A stretch of 64,000 bases of DNA, taken from positions 48,331 to 112,330 of the forward strand of contig JBLNCI010000040.1 in assembly GCA_050260515.1 (NCBI GenBank), given 5' to 3'. The notes beneath the pieces were generated by a model. That model did no database searches and was not told the origin of the DNA. It was given only the letters and a program-made list of their open reading frames with translations. Made by a program: the position numbers and the translations under genes. Every line of letters starts with the position of its first letter. Positions within the stretch are counted from its first letter, which is position 1. This document shows, piece after piece, positions 10,081 through 23,307 of the stretch. The DNA comes from Gemmatimonas sp. GTDB taxonomy: Bacteria > Pseudomonadota > Alphaproteobacteria > SMXQ01.

Positions 10081-13000
10081 TTACGCGATCGCGCGCAGCC
10101 GGGTCACGCCCTGGAGGTCGACCGACACCAACTGCGACACGCCGCGCTCCGGCATGGTGACGCCGTAGAGGCGGTCCATGCGGGCCATCGTGATGCGGTG
10201 GTGGGTGACGATCAGGAAGCGGGTCTTGGTGATGTTGCCGATCTCCTCGATCAGGTTGCAGAAGCGACCGATGTTGGAGTCGTCGAGCGGAGCGTCCACC
10301 TCGTCCAGCACGCAGATCGGCGCCGGGTTGGTGAGGAACACGGCGAACAGCAGCGCCGTCGTGGTCAGGGCCTTCTCGCCGCCCGAAAGCAGCGACAGGA
10401 CCTGCAGCTTCTTGCCCGGCGGGCTCGCCATGATCTCGAGCCCGGCCTCGAGCGGATCCTCGGCTTCCGTGAGTTCGAGATGCGCGCGCCCGCCGCCGAA
10501 CAGCCGCGTGAACAGGGTCTGGAAGTGGCCGTTCACCTTCTCGAACGCGGCGAGGAAGCGCTCGCGGCCCTCGCGATTGAGCTCGTTGATGCCGTGGCGC
10601 AGACGGGCGATCGCGGCGACGAGATCGTCGCGCTCCGTCGTCATGCCGGCGATCTGCTCGTTGAGCTCCTTGGCCTCCTCCTCGGCGCGCAGGTTCACCG
10701 GGCCCATGTTGTCGCGCTCGCGGGTCAGGCGATTGAGCCGCGCCTCGGCCTCGGGCAGCGCCTCGATCTCCTCCTCGGTCTTTTCGGCGACCGCCAGCAG
10801 CTCGGTCGGCAGGCACGCGACGCGCTCGGCGACACGTTCCTCGACCTGCGCCAGGGTCTGCGTCGCCTGGGCGACGACGCCCTCGGTGCGGACGCGATCC
10901 TCGCGCACGTCGCGCAGCTCGCCGTCCACCTTCTTCAGAGCGGCGGCGGCCTCGTTCAGCGTCGCCTCGGCGGTGGCGAGCGCATCGGCGCGGGCCTGAC
11001 GCTCGCGCGCGGCCTCGTCGATGCGATCACCCAGCGCATGGCGCTCGGTCATGATCTCGGCGGGACGCGCGGCGAGGCGGGCGCGCTCTTCCTCGGCCGA
11101 GGCGCGGCGGGATTCGAGCTCGTCGATCTGCGACTGGGCGTGGCTCTCGCGCTCCTGCCAACCGCTGCGCTCGGTGCCGATGTCGGCGATGCGCTGACGG
11201 CGGGCCGCCGCCTGGCGCAGCACCTCGTCGTGGGCGCGGGCAGCTTCCGCCTCGATGCCGTGGCGGCTCGACAGTTCCTCGCGGGCGCGCTCGGAGTCCT
11301 CGCGGCGGGCGGCGAGCGAGGACTCGTCGTCGGGGCCGGGCTGCGCGGCCTCGGCGGCGGCGACCGCCTCGTCGCGGTCGCCGGTGAGCTGAGCGATCAG
11401 CTCGCGGACGGTCTCGAGCTTGGTCGCGAGCTGCGCGGCCTTCTGCGCCACGTCGGCGTGGGTCTCGCGGGCGGAGCGCTCGTCGGCGTCGGCGCGGCGC
11501 ACCGCGTCCCGCGCGGAGCTGGTCGCGGCGTCGGCCGCCTGCTGGCGCTCGCGGGCCGCGACGCGCACCGCATTGACGGTATCGGTCGCCGCCTGCTGAC
11601 GCTGACGGACCTCGGCGCGCACCGCGTTCATCGCATCGTCGGCGGCCTGCTCGCGTTCGCGCGCGGCGAGACGAACCGCGTTCACGACCTCGTCGGCGGC
11701 CTGCTCGCGTTCGCGCGCGGCGAGACGAACCGCGTTGACGGCGTCGACCGCTTCCTGCTGGCGCTGACGCACGTCGGCGCGCACGGCGTTGACGGATTCG
11801 AGCGCCGCCTGCTGCTCTTCGCGGGCAGCCTCGCGCGCCGCGTTGACCGCGTCGGTGGCGGCCTGCTGACGTTCGCGTGCGGCTTCGCGCGCGGCACGCT
11901 CGGCCTCGGCGGCGGCCTGCTGACGCTCGCGCGCGGCCTCGACCGCGGCGCGCATCTCGGCCGAGTTGGCTTCCGCCGCCGCGATCAGCGGCGCGAGCTC
12001 GGCGAGACGGTTGCGCTGGCCGAGGCGCACGGCGGCGGCGGTCTGCGCGCCCGCGCTGACCGTGTAGCCGTCCCAGCGCCACAGCGCGCCGTCGCGCGAC
12101 ACCAGGCGCTGGCCGAGCTGGAGCTGCGGAGCGAGGGCCACGCCCTCGGCGGCGGTCTCGACGACGCCGATCTGCGACAGCCGGCGCGCGAGCGCCATCG
12201 GCGCGTGGGCGAAATCCGACAGCGGGCGGACGTCCCCGGGCAGCGGCGCCGACGCGTCGAACGGCGGCAGCGTGCGCCAGTGGATCGGCGCGGCCTCGTT
12301 GACCGGCGCGATCAGGTCGTCGCCCAGCGCGACGCCGAGCGCGGTCTCGTAGCCGGGCGTGACGCTGACATGGTCGATCAGCGGCTCGTAGCCCTCGCCC
12401 TCGCTGTGGGCGAGGAGGTTGCGCAGCGCCGAATCCTCGGCGGTGAACTTGGCCAGCATCGCGTCGGTGGCCTGCGCCTCCTCGGCGCGACGGCGGGCTT
12501 CGGCATCGACACGCTCGCGATCGGACTCGGCGGCGGCGATCTGCTGGCGCACGGCTTCGGCGACGCGCTGCGCGTCGGCCTCGGCCGCCGCGATCCGCTC
12601 GCGCGCCGTCTCGGCGACGCGCTGGGCGTCGGCCTCGGCCGCCGCGATCTTCTGGGTCTCGGCCTCGGCGAATCGCTGTGCGTCGGCTTCGGCCGCGGCG
12701 ATCTTCTGGGTTTCGGCCTCGGCCACCTGCTGCGCGTCGGCTTCGGCCGCGGCGATCGCGCGCGCCTGCTCCTCGGCGACACGCTGCGCCTCGGCCTCGG
12801 CGGCGGCAAGCTGCTCGCGGCCCGCCTCGGCGATGCGCTGCGCTTCGGCCTCGGCGGCAGCGAGCTCTTCGCGCGACGCTTCGGCGATCCGTTGCGCCTC
12901 GGCCTCGGCGGCGGCAAGCTCCGCGCGCGCCGCTTCCGCCTGCTGCCGGGCGTCGGCGAGCCGCGCCTCGGCGGCCTCGATCTCGGCGCGGTCGGCGACG

Positions 13001-14295
13001 GCGATCTCGAGCCGTTCGGCCTCGGCCTCGGCGTCGCGCAGGCGCTCGTTCAGGCGCTCGGCGCGGGCCTCGGCCTCGGCGCGACGACGGGCGAGCTCGG
13101 CGAGGCGCGCTTCGGCCGCGGCCACCTCGGCGGTGAGCCGGGCAAGGGTTTCCTCGGCCGCGACGCGCTCGGCGGTCGCCTGGTCGAGGGCGCGGCGCGC
13201 CGCGTCCTCCGCCTCGTCCTCGGCGAGCTGCTCAGAGGCGATGCGCTCGGCTTCCTCATCGAGGCGGGCGATGGCGGACGCCGCGTCTTCGGCGCGGATG
13301 CGCTCGCGCTCGGTATCGCCGGCGATCTGCGCCAGACGTTGGCTGAGCTGCGCCTCGGCGGCGCGGACGCGCTCTTCCTCGCGGTCGAGTTCCTCGCTCG
13401 CGAGCTTCAGGCGCTGCAGCCTGGCGGCCGCCTCGGCCTCGGCTTCGCGGAGCGGCGGCAGCGCGGCGGCGGCTTCGGCCTCGCGCGTCGTCGCCGACGC
13501 GACCTCGGTGGTGAGGCGCGCGACCTCGGCCTCGAGCGCCGTCAGGCGCTCGGTCGAGTCGCGGAGCTGCGCGACCGCCGCGGTGTAGCGGTGATGCAGG
13601 ACCTGCGCCTCGGCACGGCGGATGTGGTCGGAGAGGTTGCGGTAGCGCGACGCCTGGCGGGCCTGCTTCTTGAGCGTCTGGAGCTGGGCTTCGAGGGTGC
13701 GGATCACGTCCTCGAGGCGGGTGAGGTTGGCCTCGGCGGCCTTCAACCTGAGCTCCGCCTCGTGACGGCGCGAGTAGAGGCCGGTGATGCCCGCGGCCTC
13801 CTCGAGGATGGCGCGGCGCTCCGACGGCTTCGCCGCGATCAGCGCGCCGATCTGGCCCTGGCTGACGATGGCGGTCGAGCGTGCGCCGGTCGCGGCGTCG
13901 GCGAACAGCGTCTGGACGTCGCGCAGCCGCGACTCGGCGCCGTTGACCTTGTAGGCGGTGCCGGAGCCGCGCTCGATCCGGCGGATGATCTCGATCTCGT
14001 CCTGGTCGTTGAACTGCGCCGGCGCCTTGCGATCGTTGTTGTCCATAACGATGCCGACTTCGGCGATGTTGCGCGGCGGCCGGTTCTGCGTGCCGGCGAA
14101 GATGATGTCGTCCATCTCCGCGCCGCGGAGCTGACGCGCCGAGTGTTCGCCCATCGCCCAGCGCAGCGCGTCGATCAGGTTGGACTTGCCGCAGCCGTTG
14201 GGACCGACGATCCCGGTGAGGCCCGGTTCGATGATGAGCTCGGTGGTGTCGACGAAGGACTTGAAGCCGGAAAGTCGAAGCTTGGAGAACTGCAC
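10081..14295 (-). CDS. smc: Chromosome segregation protein SMC with in-frame tandem-repeat expansions in both coiled-coil arms
   Basis: 1404 aa. The N-terminal head is MQFSKLRLSGFKSFVD...GPNGCGKSNL (Walker A). The hinge is GVALAPQLQLGQRLVSRDGALWRWDGY. The C-terminal head carries LSGGEKALT...CVLDEVDAPLD. A single uninterrupted ORF spans all of it. Confidence 0.95.
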   Translation of the reverse strand: MQFSKLRLSGFKSFVDTTELIIEPGLTGIVGPNGCGKSNLIDALRWAMGEHSARQLRGAEMDDIIFAGTQNRPPRNIAEVGIVMDNNDRKAPAQFNDQDEIEIIRRIERGSGTAYKVNGAESRLRDVQTLFADAATGARSTAIVSQGQIGALIAAKPSERRAILEEAAGITGLYSRRHEAELRLKAAEANLTRLEDVIRTLEAQLQTLKKQARQASRYRNLSDHIRRAEAQVLHHRYTAAVAQLRDSTERLTALEAEVARLTTEVASATTREAEAAAALPPLREAEAEAAARLQRLKLASEELDREEERVRAAEAQLSQRLAQIAGDTERERIRAEDAASAIARLDEEAERIASEQLAEDEAEDAARRALDQATAERVAAEETLARLTAEVAAAEARLAELARRRAEAEARAERLNERLRDAEAEAERLEIAVADRAEIEAAEARLADARQQAEAARAELAAAEAEAQRIAEASREELAAAEAEAQRIAEAGREQLAAAEAEAQRVAEEQARAIAAAEADAQQVAEAETQKIAAAEADAQRFAEAETQKIAAAEADAQRVAETARERIAAAEADAQRVAEAVRQQIAAAESDRERVDAEARRRAEEAQATDAMLAKFTAEDSALRNLLAHSEGEGYEPLIDHVSVTPGYETALGVALGDDLIAPVNEAAPIHWRTLPPFDASAPLPGDVRPLSDFAHAPMALARRLSQIGVVETAAEGVALAPQLQLGQRLVSRDGALWRWDGYTVSAGAQTAAAVRLGQRNRLAELAPLIAAAEANSAEMRAAVEAARERQQAAAEAERAAREAARERQQAATDAVNAAREAAREEQQAALESVNAVRADVRQRQQEAVDAVNAVRLAAREREQAADEVVNAVRLAAREREQAADDAMNAVRAEVRQRQQAATDTVNAVRVAARERQQAADAATSSARDAVRRADADERSARETHADVAQKAAQLATKLETVRELIAQLTGDRDEAVAAAEAAQPGPDDESSLAARREDSERAREELSSRHGIEAEAARAHDEVLRQAAARRQRIADIGTERSGWQERESHAQSQIDELESRRASAEEERARLAARPAEIMTERHALGDRIDEAARERQARADALATAEATLNEAAAALKKVDGELRDVREDRVRTEGVVAQATQTLAQVEERVAERVACLPTELLAVAEKTEEEIEALPEAEARLNRLTRERDNMGPVNLRAEEEAKELNEQIAGMTTERDDLVAAIARLRHGINELNREGRERFLAAFEKVNGHFQTLFTRLFGGGRAHLELTEAEDPLEAGLEIMASPPGKKLQVLSLLSGGEKALTTTALLFAVFLTNPAPICVLDEVDAPLDDSNIGRFCNLIEEIGNITKTRFLIVTHHRITMARMDRLYGVTMPERGVSQLVSVDLQGVTRLRAIA
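11491..11922 (-). repeat. 8 x 54-bp (18-aa) imperfect tandem repeat inside smc, C-terminal coiled-coil arm
   Basis: Repeat units read QQAATDAVNAAREAAREE / EQAADEVVNAVRLAARER etc. (residues ~792-935). Two units are identical at DNA level (CGTCGGCGGCCTGCTCGCGTTCGCGCGCGGCGAGACGAACCGCGTT). Confidence 0.85.
12484..12915 (-). repeat. 8 x 54-bp (18-aa) imperfect tandem repeat inside smc, N-terminal coiled-coil arm
   Basis: Units AAAEAEAQRIAEASREEL / AAAEADAQRVAETARERI etc. span residues ~461-604. At the DNA level 54-bp periodicity is visible in ...CTCGGCCGCCGCGATCTTCTGGGTCTCGGCCTCGGCGAATCG.... Confidence 0.85.
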
Positions 14296-14300
14296 GTCGG

Positions 14301-14999
14301 TTACCGCGCTGGCGTGGATGAAGAGGTGGACGAGGGCGACACGGCGGCGCCGGAGGCCGCCTCCTCGACGAGCTTGGTGAACTCAGGCGCCTCGTAGGCG
14401 CCGACGACGAGCTGGCCGTTGATCAGGAAGCTCGGCGTGCTCTTGATGTCGTAGGTCTGCTCGGCGTCGGTGCGGCTCTGCACGACGGCATTGAGCGCGT
14501 CCTGGTTCTCGATGCAGGCATTGAACTGCTCCTCGCTCATGCCGGCCTGGGCGACGATCGACTGCAGCGCCGAGCGCGGGTCCTGCGATGCGGCCCACTG
14601 CATCTGGCGCGAAAACAGGAGGTCGATCATCCCGAACGCGCGGTCGTTGCCGACGCAGCGCACCAGCATGGCGGCGCGCAGCGCGAGCCCGTCGAGCGGG
14701 AAGTCGCGGAAGACGAGGCGCGCCTTGCCGGTGTCGATCAGCGTCGACTTAACCTGCGGCAGGACGTCGACGGCGAAATGGGCGCAGTGCGGGCAGGTCA
14801 TCGAGGCGTACTCGATGATCGTGACCGGCGCGTCGGCGCTGCCCATCACCCGGTCGTCGGGCTTGACCTCGAACGGCCGCGGGCCGTCGGAGGCGCTCGC
14901 CCCGGGGGTCGCCTTGGACGCGGGCTGCCACTCGCGGTAGGCGACGAACGCGATCGCCGCGACGGCGAGAACCAGCAATCCTAACAATATCTTCCGCAT
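14301..14999 (-). CDS. DsbA-family thiol:disulfide oxidoreductase (periplasmic)
   Basis: Start at MRKILLGLLVLAVAAIAFVA (signal/TM anchor). It has a thioredoxin-fold CPHC active site (YASMTCPHCAHF). The 5' ORF extension to 15050 is not needed. Confidence 0.8.
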   Translation of the reverse strand: MRKILLGLLVLAVAAIAFVAYREWQPASKATPGASASDGPRPFEVKPDDRVMGSADAPVTIIEYASMTCPHCAHFAVDVLPQVKSTLIDTGKARLVFRDFPLDGLALRAAMLVRCVGNDRAFGMIDLLFSRQMQWAASQDPRSALQSIVAQAGMSEEQFNACIENQDALNAVVQSRTDAEQTYDIKSTPSFLINGQLVVGAYEAPEFTKLVEEAASGAAVSPSSTSSSTPAR

Positions 15000-15080
15000 G
15001 GAACCCTCTGGCCATACTACGTATAGCGCTTGGCGGCCGCTACCGTCCACGATTCCGCAGCCCGCCGCAAGGCTCGAATT

Positions 15081-15617
15081 TCACTTATCCCCAAACGTTT
15101 TCGCACGGTTCGAGGGCGGAGCGGAGCGCGCCGCGGCCGTGGTCTTGAGCGCCTCGGCGAGGCGCTCGAGCGCCGCCCTGACCCCCTCGTCGGCGACGTC
15201 GGCGATGGCCGCGAGGGTCGTGTCGTCGGGGGGCGGCGGGGCGGGGGTGGTGGGGCGCTGCTGCGGCGGCGACTGCGGCATCGTCCCCGGCAGGATCTTG
15301 AGCTGGGCGACCGCCGGATAGCCGAAGTGCACGTTGACCCGTTCGATGATCTGCGGCGCGAGATGCTGGACCTCGGGACCGAATGCCGGCGCGACGCGCA
15401 CCATCAGCGTCCCGTGGTCCCGGCGGTCGCGCTCGAACGCGAGGCGCTCCGGGGTTGCGATCGACGCGAGATGCGCGCCGACGATGGCGCCCCAGTCGGT
15501 GATGATCGCGCCTTCGGCGAAGCCGCGTTTCTTGAACAGCGGGCGGGCGATTCGCGCGACCGCCGACGCGGCGGTGGCGAGTCCGCGCCGGGCATCCTTG
15601 TCCTTGGGGTCCGCCAT
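15081..15617 (-). CDS. DUF721 (DciA-like) domain protein
   Basis: Start chosen at MADPKDKDARRG. The core FAEGAIITDWGAIVGAHLASIATPERLAFERDRRDHGTLMVRVAPAFGPEVQHLAPQIIERVNVHFGYPAV is DUF721-like. It is divergent from mutY, as in many alphaproteobacteria. Confidence 0.55.
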   Translation of the reverse strand: MADPKDKDARRGLATAASAVARIARPLFKKRGFAEGAIITDWGAIVGAHLASIATPERLAFERDRRDHGTLMVRVAPAFGPEVQHLAPQIIERVNVHFGYPAVAQLKILPGTMPQSPPQQRPTTPAPPPPDDTTLAAIADVADEGVRAALERLAEALKTTAAARSAPPSNRAKTFGDK

Positions 15618-15669
15618 CGTGGGATCGCTTTCCTTTGGGCGCGCTTTTCGCCCCGCGCCGCGAGCCCGC

Positions 15670-18047
<2,378 letters not shown>

Positions 18048-18086
18048 TTATAAATCTACCGGTGGGAGTCGCCGGAGTCGCGGGAC

Positions 18087-18761
18087 TCAAGATGTAGCGG
18101 TAGATGCCACGGTCTGGGCGATGCCCGAGAACAGCGTGACCGCCTCCGCGACCGGTGCGAACGAGCGGCGGTGGTGCACTGTCGGCCCGTGCTTCGACAG
18201 CGCCTCGGCGTGGATTTCGGTGCCGTAGCCCGCGTTGGTGTCCCAGCCGAACGCCGGATAGAACGGCGCGAGGCGCGTCATCAGCCGGTCGCGCGCGACC
18301 TTGGCGACGATCGATGCCGCGGCGATCGACAGCGAGCGGTGGTCGCCGCCGACCACCGCCTTCACCGGGCAGCCGAAATCCGGCGCTCGGTTGCCGTCGA
18401 CGAGGATATGGTCGGGCGCGAACGGCAGGCGCGCAACGGCGCGCTTCATGGCGCACTCGGTCGCGCGCAGGATGTTCATGCGATCGATCTCGGCGACGCT
18501 CGCCGCAGCGAGCGAGAGGACGACGCCCTCGCCCGCCTTCGCGCGGGCGATCAGCTCGGCCGCGACCGCCTCGCGCCTCTTCGCCGTGAGCGCCTTCGAA
18601 TCGTCGATGCGGTCGCGGAGATCCTTCGGCAGCTTGCGGCGCTCGAGCACGCACGCCGCGGCGACGACCGGTCCCGCCCACGGACCCCGGCCCACCTCGT
18701 CGACGCCCGCCACGCGTCCGTCTTTGCCCGCCACGTCGATCTCCAGCCGGAAAGTCGGCAT
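18087..18761 (-). CDS. rnhB: Ribonuclease HII
   Basis: 224 aa. Contains [19 protein letters not shown] (DEVGRG active site), typical RNase HII. Confidence 0.9.
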   Translation of the reverse strand: MPTFRLEIDVAGKDGRVAGVDEVGRGPWAGPVVAAACVLERRKLPKDLRDRIDDSKALTAKRREAVAAELIARAKAGEGVVLSLAAASVAEIDRMNILRATECAMKRAVARLPFAPDHILVDGNRAPDFGCPVKAVVGGDHRSLSIAAASIVAKVARDRLMTRLAPFYPAFGWDTNAGYGTEIHAEALSKHGPTVHHRRSFAPVAEAVTLFSGIAQTVASTATS

Positions 18762-18865
18762 TCCCCCGCGGTCCCCTCCAATCCCCTGCGCGGGAATGTA
18801 GCCGGAAGCGACGACGTCGGCAGCGCCGGAATCGTCCCCGCGTGTTCAAAGAGTTTTGAGGCCGG

Positions 18866-19990
18866 CTAGAGCAGCGACATCTGCCGCGCATCGCCTTTCG
18901 GCGACGGGGCGGGCGGGCGGAACAGGTCGCGGCGCAGATCGCGTCGCTCGCGGTTGAGGCCGAGCTTTTTGACCGCCAGAGCGAAGCGGTGCTGGATCAG
19001 CTCTGCGTAAGCCCCGGTGCCGCGCTGGCGCGAGAACCACTGCGAATCGTAGAGCTTGCCGCCGCGAACCTGCCGCATCAGGGACAGCACGTGCTGCGCG
19101 CGGTCGGCGAAGTGCTCGGTCAGCCACTCGGCGAACAGCTCCTTGATCTCGTGCGGCATGCGCAGCATCACGAAGCCGGCACCCGTCGCGCCGGCATCGC
19201 GCACCGCCTCGAGGATGGATTCGATCTCGGGGTCGGTGAGACCGGGGATGATCGGCGCGACCATGACGCGCATCGGCACGCCTGCTTCCGACAGCGCCTT
19301 GATCGCGGCGAGTCGCTTCTTCGGCGTCGACGCGCGTGGCTCCATGACGCGGGCGAGCGCCGGATCGAGCGTCGTCACCGACAGCGCGGCGGAGACGAGG
19401 TTCAGCTTCGCGGCCGCACCGAGGAGATCGGCGTCGCGCGCGATCAGGGCGTTCTTGGTGATGAGCGTGAACGGATGGCGGTGCTCGACCAGCACCTCGA
19501 TGATGCTGCGCGTGATCCGCAGCTGCCGCTCGACCGGCTGGTAGCAGTCGGTGATGCCGGAAATCATGATCGGCTCGGGCGTGTAGCCGGGCGCCGCAAA
19601 CTCGGCCTTCAGGCGCTCGACGGCGTCGAACTTGCCGTAGAGCTTGGTCTCGAAATCAAGGCCCGGCGAATGGCCGAGATAGGCGTGGCTTGGCCGCGCG
19701 TAGCAGTAGATGCAGCCGTGCTCGCAGCCGCGATACGGGTTGATCGAGCGATCGAAGCCGACGTCCGGCGAGTTGTTGCGCGTGATCACCGTGCGGCTGG
19801 TGTCGCGCATCACCGTGGTCCGGAGCTTGGGCGGCTCGTCCTCGTCGGGCACGAGGCCGTTGAGGTCGCGCCAGCCGTCGTCGATCGCCTCGCTGGTGAA
19901 GCGCTCGAAGCGGCCGGTGCGATTGCTCACCGCGCCGCGGCCTTTCGTCGGGAGCCCGGCGCGAACTCTATTCGAAACACTGTCGCTCAT
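18866..19990 (-). CDS. PA0069-family radical SAM protein (SPL-like DNA-repair photolyase family)
   Basis: 374 aa. Contains NPYRGCEHGCIYCYA (a CxxxCxxC-like radical SAM cluster) and the PA0069-family architecture. Confidence 0.8.
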   Translation of the reverse strand: MSDSVSNRVRAGLPTKGRGAVSNRTGRFERFTSEAIDDGWRDLNGLVPDEDEPPKLRTTVMRDTSRTVITRNNSPDVGFDRSINPYRGCEHGCIYCYARPSHAYLGHSPGLDFETKLYGKFDAVERLKAEFAAPGYTPEPIMISGITDCYQPVERQLRITRSIIEVLVEHRHPFTLITKNALIARDADLLGAAAKLNLVSAALSVTTLDPALARVMEPRASTPKKRLAAIKALSEAGVPMRVMVAPIIPGLTDPEIESILEAVRDAGATGAGFVMLRMPHEIKELFAEWLTEHFADRAQHVLSLMRQVRGGKLYDSQWFSRQRGTGAYAELIQHRFALAVKKLGLNRERRDLRRDLFRPPAPSPKGDARQMSLL

Positions 19991-20014
19991 GAGGAAACGC
20001 TAGGAAAAGCATGC

Positions 20015-20029
20015 GAACAAATCAAGAAC
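20015..20029 (-). promoter_or_regulatory. Candidate alphaproteobacterial LexA (SOS) box GTTC-N7-GTTC upstream of the radical SAM gene
   Basis: The minus strand reads GTTCTTGATTTGTTC, about 25 nt upstream of the start codon at 19990. It matches the GTTCN7GTTC direct-repeat LexA consensus. Confidence 0.45.
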
Positions 20030-20153
20030 ATATTCTTACCGATCGGTCTGGCGAAGCTCGGCTTTTGGCGATTTCCCTGCAATCGCAATCGATTTGTTAA
20101 CCGACGCGGCCGCACACTTGTTCACAACAGCGAAGCTTCACAGGAAGACTGTC

Positions 20154-20858
20154 ATGTTGCTGAGTGTCGTCATCCCCACCGAGAACGCTGCGGCCGAATT
20201 GCCCGCGACCCTGTCCGCGCTCCGCGACGACATCGCGCGCACCTGCGGCACCAAGGGCCTGCAGGTGCCGGACATCGAGATCGTCGTCTGCGACGCGAGC
20301 TCCAGCGACGGCACCGCGGCTGTCGCGGAACGCCTCGGCGCGCGTGTGGTGACGGCTCCGGCGGGCGGGGCCCAGCTCCGCGCCGGCGCCGAAGCCGCGC
20401 GTGGCGAGTGGCTCCTGTTCCTCCATTCCGCGACGCGCCTCGGCGAGGGCTGGTCGGCGCGGGTCGCGGGCTTCGTCGCCAACCCAGCCAACCTCGGTCA
20501 GGCCGCCGCGTTCCGATTCCGCGTCAGCGACGAGCGCAAATGGGCGCGTCGTCTCGAGGCGATCTTCGACGGCCGCTCGAAGTGGCTCGGCCTGCCGTCG
20601 GGCGATCAGGGGTTGCTCATCAGCAAACCGTTCTACGATTCCCTCGGCGGCTACCCCGAGGTGCCGATGATGGAAGACGTCGAGATGATCCGCCGCATCG
20701 GCGCCGAGCGTCTTCGCGTGCTGCCGATCGCCGCGATCAACTCCGCCGCGCGCTACCAGGGCGACGACTGGTGGAAGCGGATGATGCAGGACGCGCTGTG
20801 CGTCGGCCTGTGGTTCGCGGGCGTCCCGGCCAACCGCGTGATGCGGCTCTACCGCTAA
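20154..20858 (+). CDS. Family 2 glycosyltransferase (TIGR04283-like)
   Basis: Start MLLSVVIPTENAAAELPATL with an AGGAAG RBS. Has a GT-A fold with a DAS/DxD region (VVCDASSSDGT). The 5' ORF extension from 20094 is unlikely. Confidence 0.7.
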   Translation: MLLSVVIPTENAAAELPATLSALRDDIARTCGTKGLQVPDIEIVVCDASSSDGTAAVAERLGARVVTAPAGGAQLRAGAEAARGEWLLFLHSATRLGEGWSARVAGFVANPANLGQAAAFRFRVSDERKWARRLEAIFDGRSKWLGLPSGDQGLLISKPFYDSLGGYPEVPMMEDVEMIRRIGAERLRVLPIAAINSAARYQGDDWWKRMMQDALCVGLWFAGVPANRVMRLYR

Positions 20859-20936
20859 CGGCCCAAGTCCGGCGGACACAAAAGTCCGGCGGACCAAAAA
20901 GTCCAGCGGACATGAGCGCCCCGTAAGCGCCTGTTG

Positions 20937-21067
20937 AAAAGTGTCCCAACTGTCCCAAGTGTCCCAAACGCCCAGTGTGGGACAGTGGGACAAAGGGCCT
21001 TAGTCATTGGGATTGCTTGCAATGTCTGTCCCACGCGGGCCGATCGGGCGGCGTGGCGGTGGGACAG
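20937..21067. repeat. Composite palindromic repeat element, copy 1 (TGTCCCA/TGGGACA half-site array plus second hairpin)
   Basis: AAAAGTGTCCCAACTGTCCCAAGTGTCCCAAACGCCCAGTGTGGGACAGTGGGACA, then after about 34 nt TGTCCCACGC...GGTGGGACAG. It is intergenic. A near-identical copy lies at 42053-42182. Confidence 0.8.
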
Positions 21068-21092
21068 CGCGCCCGGGGCTCGGCGCCCGGGT

Positions 21093-21618
21093 TTAGCGTC
21101 CGAGGTGTTCCTTGAGGCGCGGCATCAGTTCGACGAGATTGCACGGCCGGTGCCGCGAATCGAGCTGGAGGCGCAGGATCTCGTCCCAGCCGTCGCGGCA
21201 GGCCGAGGGCGATCCCGGCAGCGAGAAGATGTAGGTACCGCGGGCGACGCCGCCGGTGGCGCGCGACTGGATCGTCGACGTGCCGACCTTGCCGTAGGAG
21301 ATCCAGCGGAACAGCTCGCCGAAGCCCTCGATCTTCTTCTCGTAGAGCGCCTCGACCGCTTCGGGCGTCACGTCGCGGCCGGTCATGCCGGTGCCGCCGG
21401 TCGTGATCACGACGTCGACGTTGGGATCGTCGATCCACGCGGTGACCTGGGACCGGATCTGCGCGATGTCGTCCTTCACCACGGCGCGCGCGGCGAGCGT
21501 GTGGCCGGCGGCTTGGAGGCGGTCGATCAGCGTCTTGCCGGACTCATCCTCCTTCGGACCGCGACTGTCCGAGACGGTGAGAACGGCGATCGCTACCGGA
21601 AGGAACTTACGGGTCTCG

Positions 21619-21632
<14 letters not shown>
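21093..21632 (-). CDS. moaB: Molybdenum cofactor biosynthesis protein B (MoaB/MogA family)
   Basis: Start at MAGIDETRKF. Contains VITTGGTGMTGRDVTPEAV (MoCF_biosynth GGTG motif). Confidence 0.8.

Positions 21633-23307
<1,675 letters not shown>

Noticed and set aside
11491-12915. Possible CRISPR-like array suggested by regularly spaced repeats
   Set aside because: The repeats are 54-bp, imperfect and contiguous, with no unique spacers. They are in-frame within smc and encode coiled-coil heptad/hendecad-like peptides. They are protein-coding tandem repeats, not CRISPR.
10069-14397. 1442-aa ORF antisense to smc
   Set aside because: It is a mirror of the smc coiled-coil repeats on the opposite strand with a low-complexity translation. 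SMC head and hinge motifs exist only in the minus-strand frame.
20097-20993. Minus-strand ORFs 20097..20993 and 41792..42151 sharing the peptide ...SHCPTL(G/A)(V/I)WDTWDSWDTF...
   Set aside because: The shared peptide is simply the translation of the TGGGACA palindromic repeat. The ORFs otherwise run antisense through real genes or intergenic DNA. They are not protein-coding.
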